Of a stretch of DNA of 64,000 bases, positions 11,788 to 22,584 are shown piece by piece. The stretch comes from an uncultured Desulfospira sp. (GTDB taxonomy: Bacteria; Desulfobacterota; Desulfobacteria; Desulfobacterales; Desulfobacteraceae): positions 192,001 to 256,000 of the forward strand of contig OY760175.1 in the NCBI GenBank assembly GCA_963663165.1. The letters run 5' to 3'. Within the stretch, counting starts at the first letter, position 1, and every line of letters starts with the position of its first letter. Under the pieces are notes generated by a model. It saw nothing but the letters and a program-made list of their open reading frames with translations. It was not told the origin of the DNA and did no database searches. The translations under genes and the position numbers were made by a program.

Positions 11788-13054
11788 GCAGGCCCATGTC
11801 CTGGACCCGGGGCATATCAATGCCAAAAAAGATATACTGGTCCGGGACGGGGTGATTGAAGCCGTTCTTGACCCTGAAGACAGTCCGGAAAACCCCGATG
11901 GGGACATTCAGGTGGTTGAGGCTGACGGCATGATCCTTACCCCCGGCCTGATAGATGTTCATGTGCATTTAAGGGAACCGGGCCACGAATACAAAGAGAC
12001 CGTTGCCTCCGGTCTGAAAGCCGCGGCTTTCGGCGGATTTACAGCGGTCTGTGCCATGCCCAATACCCGCCCTGTAAACGATAACGGTCAGGTGACCGCA
12101 TTTATCCTCCTTCAAGGGGAAAAAGCCGCTATGGCAAGGGTCTATCCCGCCGGCGCCATTTCCGTGGGGCTTAAGGGACAGAACCTTGCTCAGATCTATG
12201 ACATGAAAAATGCCGGGATCCGGGCCGTGACCGATGACGGCATGCCCGTTGAAGATTCCCAGCTTATGCGCAGGGCTTTGGAATACTGCAAAGACCTTGA
12301 TATCCCTGTGCTGGTCCATGCCGAAGACAAACAACTTACCGCCGGCGGGTCCATGAACGAGGGGCCCCAGGCCACCCTCATGGGCATCAAGGGGATCCCC
12401 AATCAGGCTGAATCCGCCATGGTTGTCCGGGATATCGGGTTGTCTGAGCTGACCGGCGCCCATGTCCATTTCTGCCATATCAGCACGGCCCAGTCTGTTG
12501 AGGCCATCCGCCAGGCCAAACAGCGCGGTGTGTCCGTTACCTGCGAGACCGCCCCCCACTATTTTACCCTGACGGATCAGGCCATCACCGAATATGACAC
12601 CAACTTCAAGATGAACCCGCCCTTAAGGTCTGAAACCGATCGCATGGCCGTTATCCAAGGGCTTTGTGACGGTACCATTGACATGATTGCCACAGACCAT
12701 GCCCCCCACAGCGTGGATGAAAAAGACCTGGAATTTGACCAGGCCGCCTTTGGGATCATCGGCCTTGAGACAGCCCTTCCCTTGTCCTTAAAATTGGTTC
12801 AGGACGGCCATTTGACCATGGAAGAACTAATTGTGAAGATGGCTAAAAATCCGGCCCGGCTGATGGGTGTTGAAAACGATATCAAACCGGGCAATGTGGC
12901 AGACCTGACACTTATTGACCCGGAAACGGCCTTTACCATTACCCCGGAAGCGTTTGTTTCCAAATCAAGGAACACCCCCTTTGCCGGGATGGAAGTCAAG
13001 GGCCGGGCATTCATGACCATTGTCGGCGGCCGTATTGTTTATCAAAAATCTTGA
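11771..13054 (+). CDS. pyrC: Dihydroorotase (probable start 11771)
   Basis: DVHVHLREPG, KMNPPLR, ATDHAPH. Confidence 0.96.
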   Translation: MKMLIRQAHVLDPGHINAKKDILVRDGVIEAVLDPEDSPENPDGDIQVVEADGMILTPGLIDVHVHLREPGHEYKETVASGLKAAAFGGFTAVCAMPNTRPVNDNGQVTAFILLQGEKAAMARVYPAGAISVGLKGQNLAQIYDMKNAGIRAVTDDGMPVEDSQLMRRALEYCKDLDIPVLVHAEDKQLTAGGSMNEGPQATLMGIKGIPNQAESAMVVRDIGLSELTGAHVHFCHISTAQSVEAIRQAKQRGVSVTCETAPHYFTLTDQAITEYDTNFKMNPPLRSETDRMAVIQGLCDGTIDMIATDHAPHSVDEKDLEFDQAAFGIIGLETALPLSLKLVQDGHLTMEELIVKMAKNPARLMGVENDIKPGNVADLTLIDPETAFTITPEAFVSKSRNTPFAGMEVKGRAFMTIVGGRIVYQKS

Positions 13055-13082
13055 AGTCTAAATCTTAAGAGGTTAAGCGCCT

Positions 13083-14474
13083 ATGAGCGATAAGCACCGG
13101 ATACTGGTTGTTGATGATGAGCCGTCCATGCGGGAGTTTTTAGATGTTCTCTTATCCAAAGAAGGGTATGATGTGGTGCTCGCCAAGAACGGTAAACAGG
13201 CCTTGGGGCTAATTAGAAAGCGCAGTTTTGACCTGGTGCTTTCAGATATCCGTTTAGGGGACATTACCGGACTCGATGTTTTAAGGGAAGTCAAAAAACA
13301 TGAGTCCGGCACGGTGGTGATTCTGATTTCTGCCTACTCCACAACGGAGATTGCCGTTGAGGCCATGAACGAAGGGGCCTATGACTTTGTTCCCAAACCT
13401 TTTGACAATACAGAACTCAAGGACACTATTGCCAAGGCCTTAGAGCTTAAGACCCTGGAGCATGAAAAGGAACGGGTCAGCAGCGAACTTAAAGACCAGA
13501 CCCATTTTAACCGGATCATCGGCAAAAGCCCGGGCATGCAGGCCATCTATAAACGGATCGAACAGGTCGGCCCCACCAAGACCAACGTATTGATTACCGG
13601 TGAAAGCGGTACGGGAAAAGAACTGATTGCCCGGGCCATCCATGAAAATTCCGACCGCAGGAACAAGCCCTTTGTGGTGGTCAACTGCGGCGGCATCCCG
13701 GACACCCTTATGGAAAGCGAGTTTTTCGGCCATGTCAAAGGTTCGTTCACCGGGGCCGTGGCCGATAAACAAGGCCTTTTTGAGGCGGCGAACCAGGGCA
13801 CCATTTTTCTGGATGAAATTGGTGAATTATCCATGATGCTCCAGGTAAAGCTCCTCCGGGCGGTTCAGGAAACCTCATTCAAGCCGGTAGGCGGGACCCA
13901 GGAAATTGATGTGGATATCCGGATTATTTCCGCGACCAATAAACAATTGGAGCAGGAAGTGATTGAAGGCAACTTCAGGGAGGACCTTTTTTTCCGGCTC
14001 AATGTGATCCCCATAAAAGTGCCGCCCTTAAGGGACCGCAAAGGGGATATTGAACTGTTATCCAAGCATTTTGCTGAAAAGTATGCCAAAAAAATGGGAA
14101 AGGATATTGTCAAGCTCTCCTCCTATGCCATTGATTTTTTAAACAAGTACGATTTTCCCGGCAATGTCAGGGAACTTGAAAACCTCATTGAACGGAGCGT
14201 GGCCCTGTCATCCACCAATATCATCCTGCCCGAAAGCCTGACCATTTCTACCCACAAGAAACGCCGGTGGGTGGAGGGAATCGACAACCGGCGGTTTGAT
14301 TTGGAACAGGTGGAGCAGGGGGTTGATTTAGATGACATTCTCAACACCATTGAAGCGGCTTACCTGAAACGGGCCATGGAGCTTGCCAAGGGCAATAAGA
14401 GCAAGGCTGCCGAATATCTAGGCTTAACCCTTCGATCCATGCGATACCGCCTGAATAAAGTAGATGATATTTAA
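13083..14474 (+). CDS. Sigma-54-dependent response regulator (PilR/NtrC-like)
   Basis: REC domain, GESGTGKE, GSFTGA, Fis-type HTH. Confidence 0.92.
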   Translation: MSDKHRILVVDDEPSMREFLDVLLSKEGYDVVLAKNGKQALGLIRKRSFDLVLSDIRLGDITGLDVLREVKKHESGTVVILISAYSTTEIAVEAMNEGAYDFVPKPFDNTELKDTIAKALELKTLEHEKERVSSELKDQTHFNRIIGKSPGMQAIYKRIEQVGPTKTNVLITGESGTGKELIARAIHENSDRRNKPFVVVNCGGIPDTLMESEFFGHVKGSFTGAVADKQGLFEAANQGTIFLDEIGELSMMLQVKLLRAVQETSFKPVGGTQEIDVDIRIISATNKQLEQEVIEGNFREDLFFRLNVIPIKVPPLRDRKGDIELLSKHFAEKYAKKMGKDIVKLSSYAIDFLNKYDFPGNVRELENLIERSVALSSTNIILPESLTISTHKKRRWVEGIDNRRFDLEQVEQGVDLDDILNTIEAAYLKRAMELAKGNKSKAAEYLGLTLRSMRYRLNKVDDI

Positions 14475-14504
14475 AATTTTTAAATAGTGTCTAACTGAAA
14501 CCTT

Positions 14505-14629
14505 GTGTTTGGACGAAAAGTTGCCCAGATGCAAGGCGCAGGAAAAGTTGTAACCGGAGCAACCTTTTGGTTGTGAGGATTGCAACTTTTCCTGTAACGC
14601 AGCAGATGGGTGACTTTTCGTTCAAACAC
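14505..14629 (+). repeat. 125-bp nested palindrome (REP/MITE-like long hairpin)
   Basis: GTGTTTGGACGAAAAGTTGCCCA...TGGGTGACTTTTCGTTCAAACAC outer stem plus inner stems; between convergent genes. Confidence 0.8.
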
Positions 14630-15750
14630 TAAATTGGGTGCCTGATTTTAAAACAGGTCCCCAACACCTCAGACGTTTCAAACCAGACCCGGCTGTTTAA
14701 ACAGGTTTCACCGAATAATTTCATGGAATAGGTCCCAAATCCCCTGCCTGGCCCGGGCTTTGACGTAAAGTGGCGCTGAAAGATCCGTTTTTGGAAATGT
14801 TCCGGGATGGCGGTCTGGTTCCAGACTTCAAAGGTGACGGCATCAACAGACGGTTCCACGGATATCCGTATGGATCCGCCGTCAATGGTCGCCTCAAGGG
14901 CATTGATCACCATGTTGCCAAGGATTCGTGACAAGAGAAGCAAGTCGGTCTTTAAGCAGATGGCTGGATCTGTCCAGTTTTCCAGAATCTTTTTGTTTTT
15001 AAGGGCCTTATGCCCTTTTATGGCAACACCAAGCGCCTGACGTATGTCGGAAAGCGGCACCACCTTGGGGGCAGGGGTATAGGATTGATCTTTGTGCAGG
15101 GAAAACCGTTTCTGAACGGCCACTTCGCTGATCAGTCGTTCAACGGCCCCCTTTATGGCCTGGATAGACCCGTCGTCCGGGTGGTCCATATCGGCTATCT
15201 GAAGGTGGCCGTAAAGGGAGGTCAGGGTATTGTTGATATCATGGAAAAACACATGGTCTAAATTGGCCCAGAACTGCTCTTTGGTGATATCCCGGGCATA
15301 AATTAAAATCCACCGTTGACCGTCCGCTTTAATGGGCCTGGCCTTGATTTGAAGACAGATGTCCGAAATTTCGCCGTTTTGATCTGAAACCAGGGCGCAG
15401 ATCCGCTCATCGCTCTGGTTCTGGTCAATGGCCGCCATCATGGCAATGGCCGCCCCGCAGGTAAGACAGTACTCGGTGGTGCCGCATCCGGCAGGCCCTT
15501 TACCGGCATGGACACAGCTCAAACTTTCTCCAAGCCTTAAACCCAGGGCCTGTTCCGCATCTTCAATGCCCAGTTGTTCCAGGAAATGGTGGTTCAATGC
15601 CACGATCTGGCGGTCTTCGTTCAAGACCACCAGAACCCCGGATGCGGTTTCCAGCAGGGCGTTCATAATGGAGCTTTCGGCAATGGAAGACAGCTGGTTT
15701 TTAAATTTTCTTCGTTCAGTTCTGTGTGCTGGTGCAAAAAATGTATCCAT
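14629..15750 (-). CDS. Soluble sensor histidine kinase with Cys-rich PAS-like domain
   Basis: FFHDINN H-box, NMVINALEA, GRGFGTY; CVHA...GCG...CLTC. Confidence 0.88.
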   Translation of the reverse strand: MDTFFAPAHRTERRKFKNQLSSIAESSIMNALLETASGVLVVLNEDRQIVALNHHFLEQLGIEDAEQALGLRLGESLSCVHAGKGPAGCGTTEYCLTCGAAIAMMAAIDQNQSDERICALVSDQNGEISDICLQIKARPIKADGQRWILIYARDITKEQFWANLDHVFFHDINNTLTSLYGHLQIADMDHPDDGSIQAIKGAVERLISEVAVQKRFSLHKDQSYTPAPKVVPLSDIRQALGVAIKGHKALKNKKILENWTDPAICLKTDLLLLSRILGNMVINALEATIDGGSIRISVEPSVDAVTFEVWNQTAIPEHFQKRIFQRHFTSKPGPGRGFGTYSMKLFGETCLNSRVWFETSEVLGTCFKIRHPI

Positions 15751-15903
15751 GGCCGTATCCCTTTAAAATTTCATGGCGAAGAAAGGGTTTCAAACCCGTC
15801 ATCAAAGTATTGATTTTAGATTTTGTGAATATCATCGAATATGTATCACATTCGCCAGGTTAAGTTTAGGGGATCAGATCATTTTTTTTTGCAATCAACA
15901 ATA

Positions 15904-16027
15904 CAACGTCATTAACTTAAGCGTTAATACAAGAAACTGGAAACAAGAGACAAGAGGGTGAAGCGCCGTTGGCGCCCATTTTATAACCCCTGCGCGCTAT
16001 GCCAAATTTCTTAAGTTAATGGCATTG
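15904..16027. mobile_element. MITE, 124 bp, IS4-like ends
   Basis: 18-bp TIR CAACGTCATTAACTTAAG / CTTAAGTTAATGGCATTG (2 mismatches); 10-bp TSD ATCAACAATA/ATCGACAATA. Confidence 0.8.
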
Positions 16028-16301
16028 ATCGACAATAAATACCTGGCATCAGGAATGGGTTGCCCAAATGGAAAAATAGATGGGGAACGTGCCTGAAACA
16101 GCCGTACAAAAAAGTCCTTCTGAGCCGGGAAGGGTTCAAAGGGGGGAGATCCGGAAAGGGGAAGAGCCCCATCGGCCCGGATGAGGCCGACGTTGATGCC
16201 AGTTCCGAGAATAAGAAATCCTATTCATGAAGGGGCATACCAAGGGGCCATTCGATCAGGGAAATAAAAAACCGAAATCAAAAATGATTCCGGTTAAATG
16301 G

Positions 16302-16378
16302 TGGTCGGGATGAGAGGATTTGAACCTCCGACCCCCTCGTCCCGAACGAGGTGCTCTACCAGGCTGAGCCACATCCCG
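16302..16378 (-). tRNA. tRNA-Pro(CGG)
   Basis: Cloverleaf, anticodon arm CCTCG-TTCGGGA-CGAGG, GGTTCAAATCC, CCA end. Confidence 0.97.
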
Positions 16379-16415
16379 ACTAAAGCAGGTTAATTACATT
16401 AAAGTTCTTTGATTG

Positions 16416-18163
<1,748 letters not shown>

Positions 18164-18381
18164 ACTGCCCGGACTATATAAGGCTTTTATTTCAAGGTCA
18201 AATACTAATGTAACGGAGAACGGAAGAAAAGGGGACCGCAGGCCGGAATGCGAACCTCCTGAATATACACTCCGGTCTTGGTTTTATACATCTGACGTCT
18301 TTCTCTTCGCCTGTTTCCAGTTTTTTTCAATATCATGCTGGCGTATATATACGGTTTTCCTGGATCAATTTGTAAAATACC

Positions 18382-18410
18382 TTGAAATTCAAAAAAGGCT
18401 TTGGTATAAG
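18382..18410 (+). promoter_or_regulatory. Sigma-70 promoter of tRNA-Arg
   Basis: TTGAAA-17-TATAAG, 10 bp before the tRNA. Confidence 0.65.
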
Positions 18411-18420
18411 ATCTGCTGTT

Positions 18421-18497
18421 GCGCCCGTAGCTCAGCTGGATAGAGTACTTGACTACGAATCAAGGGGTCGGACGTTCGAATCGTCTCGGGCGCGCCA
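18421..18497 (+). tRNA. tRNA-Arg(ACG), island integration site
   Basis: Anticodon arm CTTGA-CTACGAA-TCAAG, GTTCGAATC, CCA end. Confidence 0.97.
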
Positions 18498-18517
18498 TAA
18501 ACGATAAGGGTTTTCAG
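18451..18517 (+). repeat. att direct repeat, left copy (3' part of tRNA-Arg)
   Basis: Identical to 40428-40494. Confidence 0.97.
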
Positions 18518-18540
18518 GTTTTGGCTTGAAAACCTTTTTT
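18506..18540 (+). terminator. Intrinsic terminator after tRNA-Arg
   Basis: GGTTTTCAGG...CTTGAAAACC stem plus T-run. Confidence 0.75.
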
Positions 18541-18555
18541 GTTTTCAAACATGAT

Positions 18556-18579
18556 TTTGCCCACTTTTTGCCCACTTTT
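18556..18579 (+). repeat. Probable integrase arm-type sites
   Basis: TTTGCCCACTTTTTGCCCACTTTT, identical at 40279-40302. Confidence 0.75.
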
Positions 18580-18947
18580 TTAATCATATGGACTGGTCTT
18601 CATGGCTTGAAAATATTTCCCCAAGAAAAATGGGGTCCTTATTTAGATTGGGCCGTCAAAAAAGGGAAGGGGGCACCAGGACACCCCGGATTAGGCCAAA
18701 AATCAGCCTCCACCCTCCAGGGTGACCGGCGGGGGCTGGTCAAAAATGTAAAGGTTAAGCAAGAAAAGTGCCGCTCTGTATCCATTGGTAGTCAAGCTAT
18801 TTCAGTTACGGCATGGATCATGCTTAACATTTACATTACTTTATAATCAATATGTATGTGAATAATGAACCGCCGCGTAAAATTTTTGATCAAGGCAGGG
18901 TTTCTGCCGGATTGGGAACCGCCCCTTCCACCCGTCCGTTTTTGGGC

Positions 18948-18984
18948 ATAAAAAAGCCCCTGGCAGCGGATACCACCAGGGGCC
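18948..18984 (-). terminator. Terminator of the distal island operon
   Basis: Minus strand GCCCCTGG-loop-CCAGGGGC-TTTTTT. Confidence 0.8.
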
Positions 18985-19005
18985 TGATAGGGGTTTAGGA
19001 ATTAT

Positions 19006-19344
19006 TTACGAGTTCAACACCTGCCGGATATTGGAAGCCACGATTTTAAAATCCCAATCTTCCTGGCCTTCCTCCATCTGCCTGGCCAGACCATCCAGGA
19101 ACCTTTCAAGCCGCTCTGTCCGGGCTAATTCTGATTTGTTTATCTGTTTTTTCAGTGAAGCTACGACATCATCCATACCAACGACCATATCATCCAAGAA
19201 TCCAGCTAAAGCCCTCAAACAATCAAAATTTTGAATTGCATCCATATTTTTGGAATGGAATAAGACGGTTGATAGGAAATACATTTTTTGATTTATGCCG
19301 ACGATGTCATCATATGTGGTCCTTAGGGGATTAGATGTTTTCAT
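19006..19344 (-). CDS. Hypothetical island protein (probable start MKTSN)
   Basis: ORF overlapping the upstream gene end; helical. Confidence 0.6.
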   Translation of the reverse strand: MKTSNPLRTTYDDIVGINQKMYFLSTVLFHSKNMDAIQNFDCLRALAGFLDDMVVGMDDVVASLKKQINKSELARTERLERFLDGLARQMEEGQEDWDFKIVASNIRQVLNS

Positions 19345-19747
19345 ACTGCACCTCCAATCTTTCAACCTGAGCCCGGAAATCCGCAATCAGGTCCCTTAAT
19401 ATGTCATGGCTTGCCTTTTCCGGCAGAGAGGCAAAGAAACCCTTGCACAGGTCCTTGTATCCCTTGGCTTTCATTTTCAACTTTGGGTATTCACCAAGTT
19501 GTTGTCTCCACTGCTCATTGGAAATATCGATCAGATATTCAATCTCCTCACAAGCGTCTTTGAGCGAACCTGACAGGGTAAGAATATTGTCTTGATTAAT
19601 GACGTTGCCAGTTACAAGCTCCTCTTTGTCCAGGCACCAAAGCATGTCAGCCAGCAATTTTATCTTTCCTATTGGGTGGCATACTTCGGCAAAGATATCA
19701 TAGTGGTTCAACAGCTCTTCTTTTGTGAAATCGGCTTTAATTTGCAT
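19331..19747 (-). CDS. Hypothetical island protein (probable start MQIKA)
   Basis: ORF with G-rich RBS, coupled to neighbours. Confidence 0.65.
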   Translation of the reverse strand: MQIKADFTKEELLNHYDIFAEVCHPIGKIKLLADMLWCLDKEELVTGNVINQDNILTLSGSLKDACEEIEYLIDISNEQWRQQLGEYPKLKMKAKGYKDLCKGFFASLPEKASHDILRDLIADFRAQVERLEVQYENI

Positions 19748-20327
19748 GACTGACACCCCCTTGTTCACTTTTCCATTTTTCTATCTCTTGGGGGAAGGCA
19801 TACCAAAATTTTCGGCCAGGGATCTTGAAAGCCGGCAGGCCTTTTTTATTAACAAAAAGCTTTATCTTATTATATTCAATACCAGCAGCCTTTGTTATTT
19901 CCATTGTGCCTCTAAGAATGGTCATTTCTTCGGGTGGCGAGTTTGGGAACGGCATTCTGTTTGCTTCCACTTCCTTTTTCCGGAAATCGAAGGTAATGAC
20001 TTTTGCATAAGGGATCTCATCAAGCTTTTTTTCTTGACGTTGTATTTGATCTCTTAGCATTTCTGCTAATTCATCCCTGGTTTTCTTAAAAAACCCCTGG
20101 GGAACTCCTGCACAAGATTCTATCCGATTACCACTGAGATCTGTTCCCGAAAATTCCAAGCCAAGAACACAAGAATGCATTGAAATTTTCATCAATTCTG
20201 ACAAGAGATTTTTAGCAGAATGGATATCTTTTTCAAGTTTCTTTGCCTCTTCTCTACGTTCATATGTTCTAAGAGGAAGTTGTTCTCTAATCTTATATCT
20301 ATATTTTTCCATGCCATAAGCGCTCAT
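19737..20327 (-). CDS. Hypothetical protein with C-terminal excisionase-like wHTH
   Basis: GLPAFKIPGRKFWYAFPQEIEKW pattern. Confidence 0.6.
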   Translation of the reverse strand: MSAYGMEKYRYKIREQLPLRTYERREEAKKLEKDIHSAKNLLSELMKISMHSCVLGLEFSGTDLSGNRIESCAGVPQGFFKKTRDELAEMLRDQIQRQEKKLDEIPYAKVITFDFRKKEVEANRMPFPNSPPEEMTILRGTMEITKAAGIEYNKIKLFVNKKGLPAFKIPGRKFWYAFPQEIEKWKSEQGGVSHAN

Positions 20328-20722
20328 TATTCCCTCCTTTCTGCAATTATTTTCAATTCCTTCATTACTTCAGGGGAAACGACCGGATGCTGGTCAGGAA
20401 AGCACTCATCATACTTCCGTTCAATGAAGCGCTTGGCGTTCTCGTAATAAAATGGGTGATCGTCTCTTAATATTCTCATTAAAGGAACAATGTAATATTC
20501 CGGATTCTCCCCTCTGGCTTTTTTTCTCTGGTACAACACTTCAGCATAAATTGATTTGATCACTTCTTGATCGTGTCCCATATCTGATAGTTTTATCAGC
20601 CAAAGGTAATCATTTTCTGTTTCTTCCTTGGGGTGTTTTTCTTCTGGAAATGTTGATTGTTTTGAAAAAGGGATGATCTCAGTTTGATTGACAGGTGTTC
20701 GTGGTTTCTGACAAGATTTCAT
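20327..20722 (-). CDS. Hypothetical protein, first gene after the c4-like RNA
   Basis: GGAGG RBS before ATG 20722. Confidence 0.65.
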   Translation of the reverse strand: MKSCQKPRTPVNQTEIIPFSKQSTFPEEKHPKEETENDYLWLIKLSDMGHDQEVIKSIYAEVLYQRKKARGENPEYYIVPLMRILRDDHPFYYENAKRFIERKYDECFPDQHPVVSPEVMKELKIIAERRE

Positions 20723-20740
20723 TTGTACCTCCAAAAACAA

Positions 20741-20813
20741 AATGGGGGTTAGGTGTCTCAAGGTTTCAGAAAAACCTTTGCGGTCCTTTCGGATTGCGCC
20801 ACCATACCCCAAT
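20741..20813 (-). ncRNA. c4/CI-type antisense RNA candidate
   Basis: Three-way junction; TTCTGAA and TTGAG segments complementary to upstream CTCAAAATTCAGAA; promoter TTGACA-17-GAGAAT at 20922-20894. Confidence 0.6.
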
Positions 20814-20978
20814 TATATTTTGAGTACTGCATATACAAATAAATATACCGGATTAACGGCCCGGTTCACCGTTCTGAATTTTGAGAGGTCTCCATTCTCA
20901 TAAAATTTGGGCATGGTGTCAAGGCTTAATTTTGTGGCTCATATTTTCGGGATTATGATCCACAAACAGAATTGAGGT

Positions 20979-21194
20979 TCATTCATTAACACCAAACCGC
21001 CGCTCCAGCCGGGGAAAAACCTTCAACAGCAGCCGGGTACATTTCAGGGCCTCTTCCCGGATCACTGCCGGGTCTTTCACTTGGCCGCTGTTATCTTCCA
21101 TCTGGGGGCAACCGGAGCAATCAAATCCGGCGCTGTCTTCAATGGCGGCCCGGGTCAGGCAATCGTTATACTGAGAACACCATATGTTTCTCAT
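20979..21194 (-). CDS. Small four-cysteine protein
   Basis: CSQYNDCL...CSGC; start uncertain. Confidence 0.6.
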   Translation of the reverse strand: MRNIWCSQYNDCLTRAAIEDSAGFDCSGCPQMEDNSGQVKDPAVIREEALKCTRLLLKVFPRLERRFGVNE

Positions 21195-21203
21195 TGGCCC
21201 CCA

Positions 21204-22580
21204 TCAGGCCGCCAACCTGCTCAAAATTCCCTGGTTTTCATATGTATAATTACGGCTCTTGGCTGATGCCGCAAAGACAGGGTTCAACCCATCCACAAAG
21301 TCAAAAATTACAGCCTTATCTTTTCCGGGTGCTGGCCGGAGTGCCCGGCCTATGTACTGGATCAGGCGGCCTGAAAATTTAACCGGCGTTGCCAGGAACA
21401 CAGTGGATATTCCCGGCAGGTCAAACCCTTCTCCGATAAGCTGGCCTGTGGCAATCAGGTAACGGCATTCATCATTCTGCAGGGCCTTGATTATCCGTTC
21501 CCGGTCACTTTTGGTGGTGGCTCCGGTCAATACCTCAGCCTGAATTCCATGGGCATCCTCCAGGATATTTTTAAGCACCTGGCAGTGTTCTTTTCTGTCA
21601 GACAGAACCAGGCTGACACCATGGCCGTTATTCTCGGCAACCGTCCTGCAAATCAACCGGTTCCTGGTTGAATCTTCGGTCAGTTCTGACAGGGCCTTAG
21701 AATAGAACTCGCTGGCATCCACAAAGGGAGAAAATCCGGTCTTAATCCATTTGACCTCTGCCGGGCAAAGGTTGCCGGCCTGGACAAGGTCCTGCTTATC
21801 AATCCTGCCGGCAACGTCCCCGACGTGCCAAAAGATGACCTTTGAAAGTCCGTCACGTCTCCAGGGGGTAGCCGTGAGCCCAAGCAAGTACTTACAGTCA
21901 AAGGCGGTCACGGCATCGGTAAAGGTCCTGCTCGAAACTCTGTGGCATTCATCCACAACCAGGTGGCCGATATGGGGAACAACATCATCCACCCGTTTGA
22001 AAAGGGTCTGAACCGTGGCAACGGTGATCCGGTCCCCGATGGTGAACTTACCGCTGCCGATTATGCCGATTTCATCTCGGGGGATTCCCAGGAACTGTTC
22101 AATCCGGTCAATCCACTGGTTCAAAAGTTCCTTGGTATGAACGATGATAAGCGCCGGCTGTTTTCGCTCAGCAACCAGGTAAAGGCCCATGACGGTTTTC
22201 CCGGCACCGGTCCCGGCTTCAAGTAACCCTGAGTCACGGGAAAGAATCCCATCAACCGCCTGCTGTTGCAATGGCCGGAGCTTTCCCTGAAACTGGAATT
22301 CAGCCGGAGCTAGGATCCTACGTTCGTCAATTATCCGGATATCTTCACCCATTCGGGTACATAAAAAATAAAGTTGCTTTGCTGCCCCTCTGGGACAGGC
22401 CAGGAAGTCCGGAGCCTCATGATAAAATTTCAACTCCCGATCAATTCCCCAGGTGGCCCGGCCCATTTTTTTTGCTTCGGCATATTTAGGATTGGGCATG
22501 GTCAAACGCCGTTTGACTGCTTCCCGGGTTGCCGGATTCAGGCCGGTTAAAATTGCCTTGCTGTTCAGTTTAAATATCAT
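21204..22580 (-). CDS. SF2 DEAD/DEAH-box helicase
   Basis: GTGAGKT, DECH, LTATP, EGFD, QYIGRALR. Confidence 0.92.
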   Translation of the reverse strand: MIFKLNSKAILTGLNPATREAVKRRLTMPNPKYAEAKKMGRATWGIDRELKFYHEAPDFLACPRGAAKQLYFLCTRMGEDIRIIDERRILAPAEFQFQGKLRPLQQQAVDGILSRDSGLLEAGTGAGKTVMGLYLVAERKQPALIIVHTKELLNQWIDRIEQFLGIPRDEIGIIGSGKFTIGDRITVATVQTLFKRVDDVVPHIGHLVVDECHRVSSRTFTDAVTAFDCKYLLGLTATPWRRDGLSKVIFWHVGDVAGRIDKQDLVQAGNLCPAEVKWIKTGFSPFVDASEFYSKALSELTEDSTRNRLICRTVAENNGHGVSLVLSDRKEHCQVLKNILEDAHGIQAEVLTGATTKSDRERIIKALQNDECRYLIATGQLIGEGFDLPGISTVFLATPVKFSGRLIQYIGRALRPAPGKDKAVIFDFVDGLNPVFAASAKSRNYTYENQGILSRLAA

Positions 22581-22584
22581 GCTA

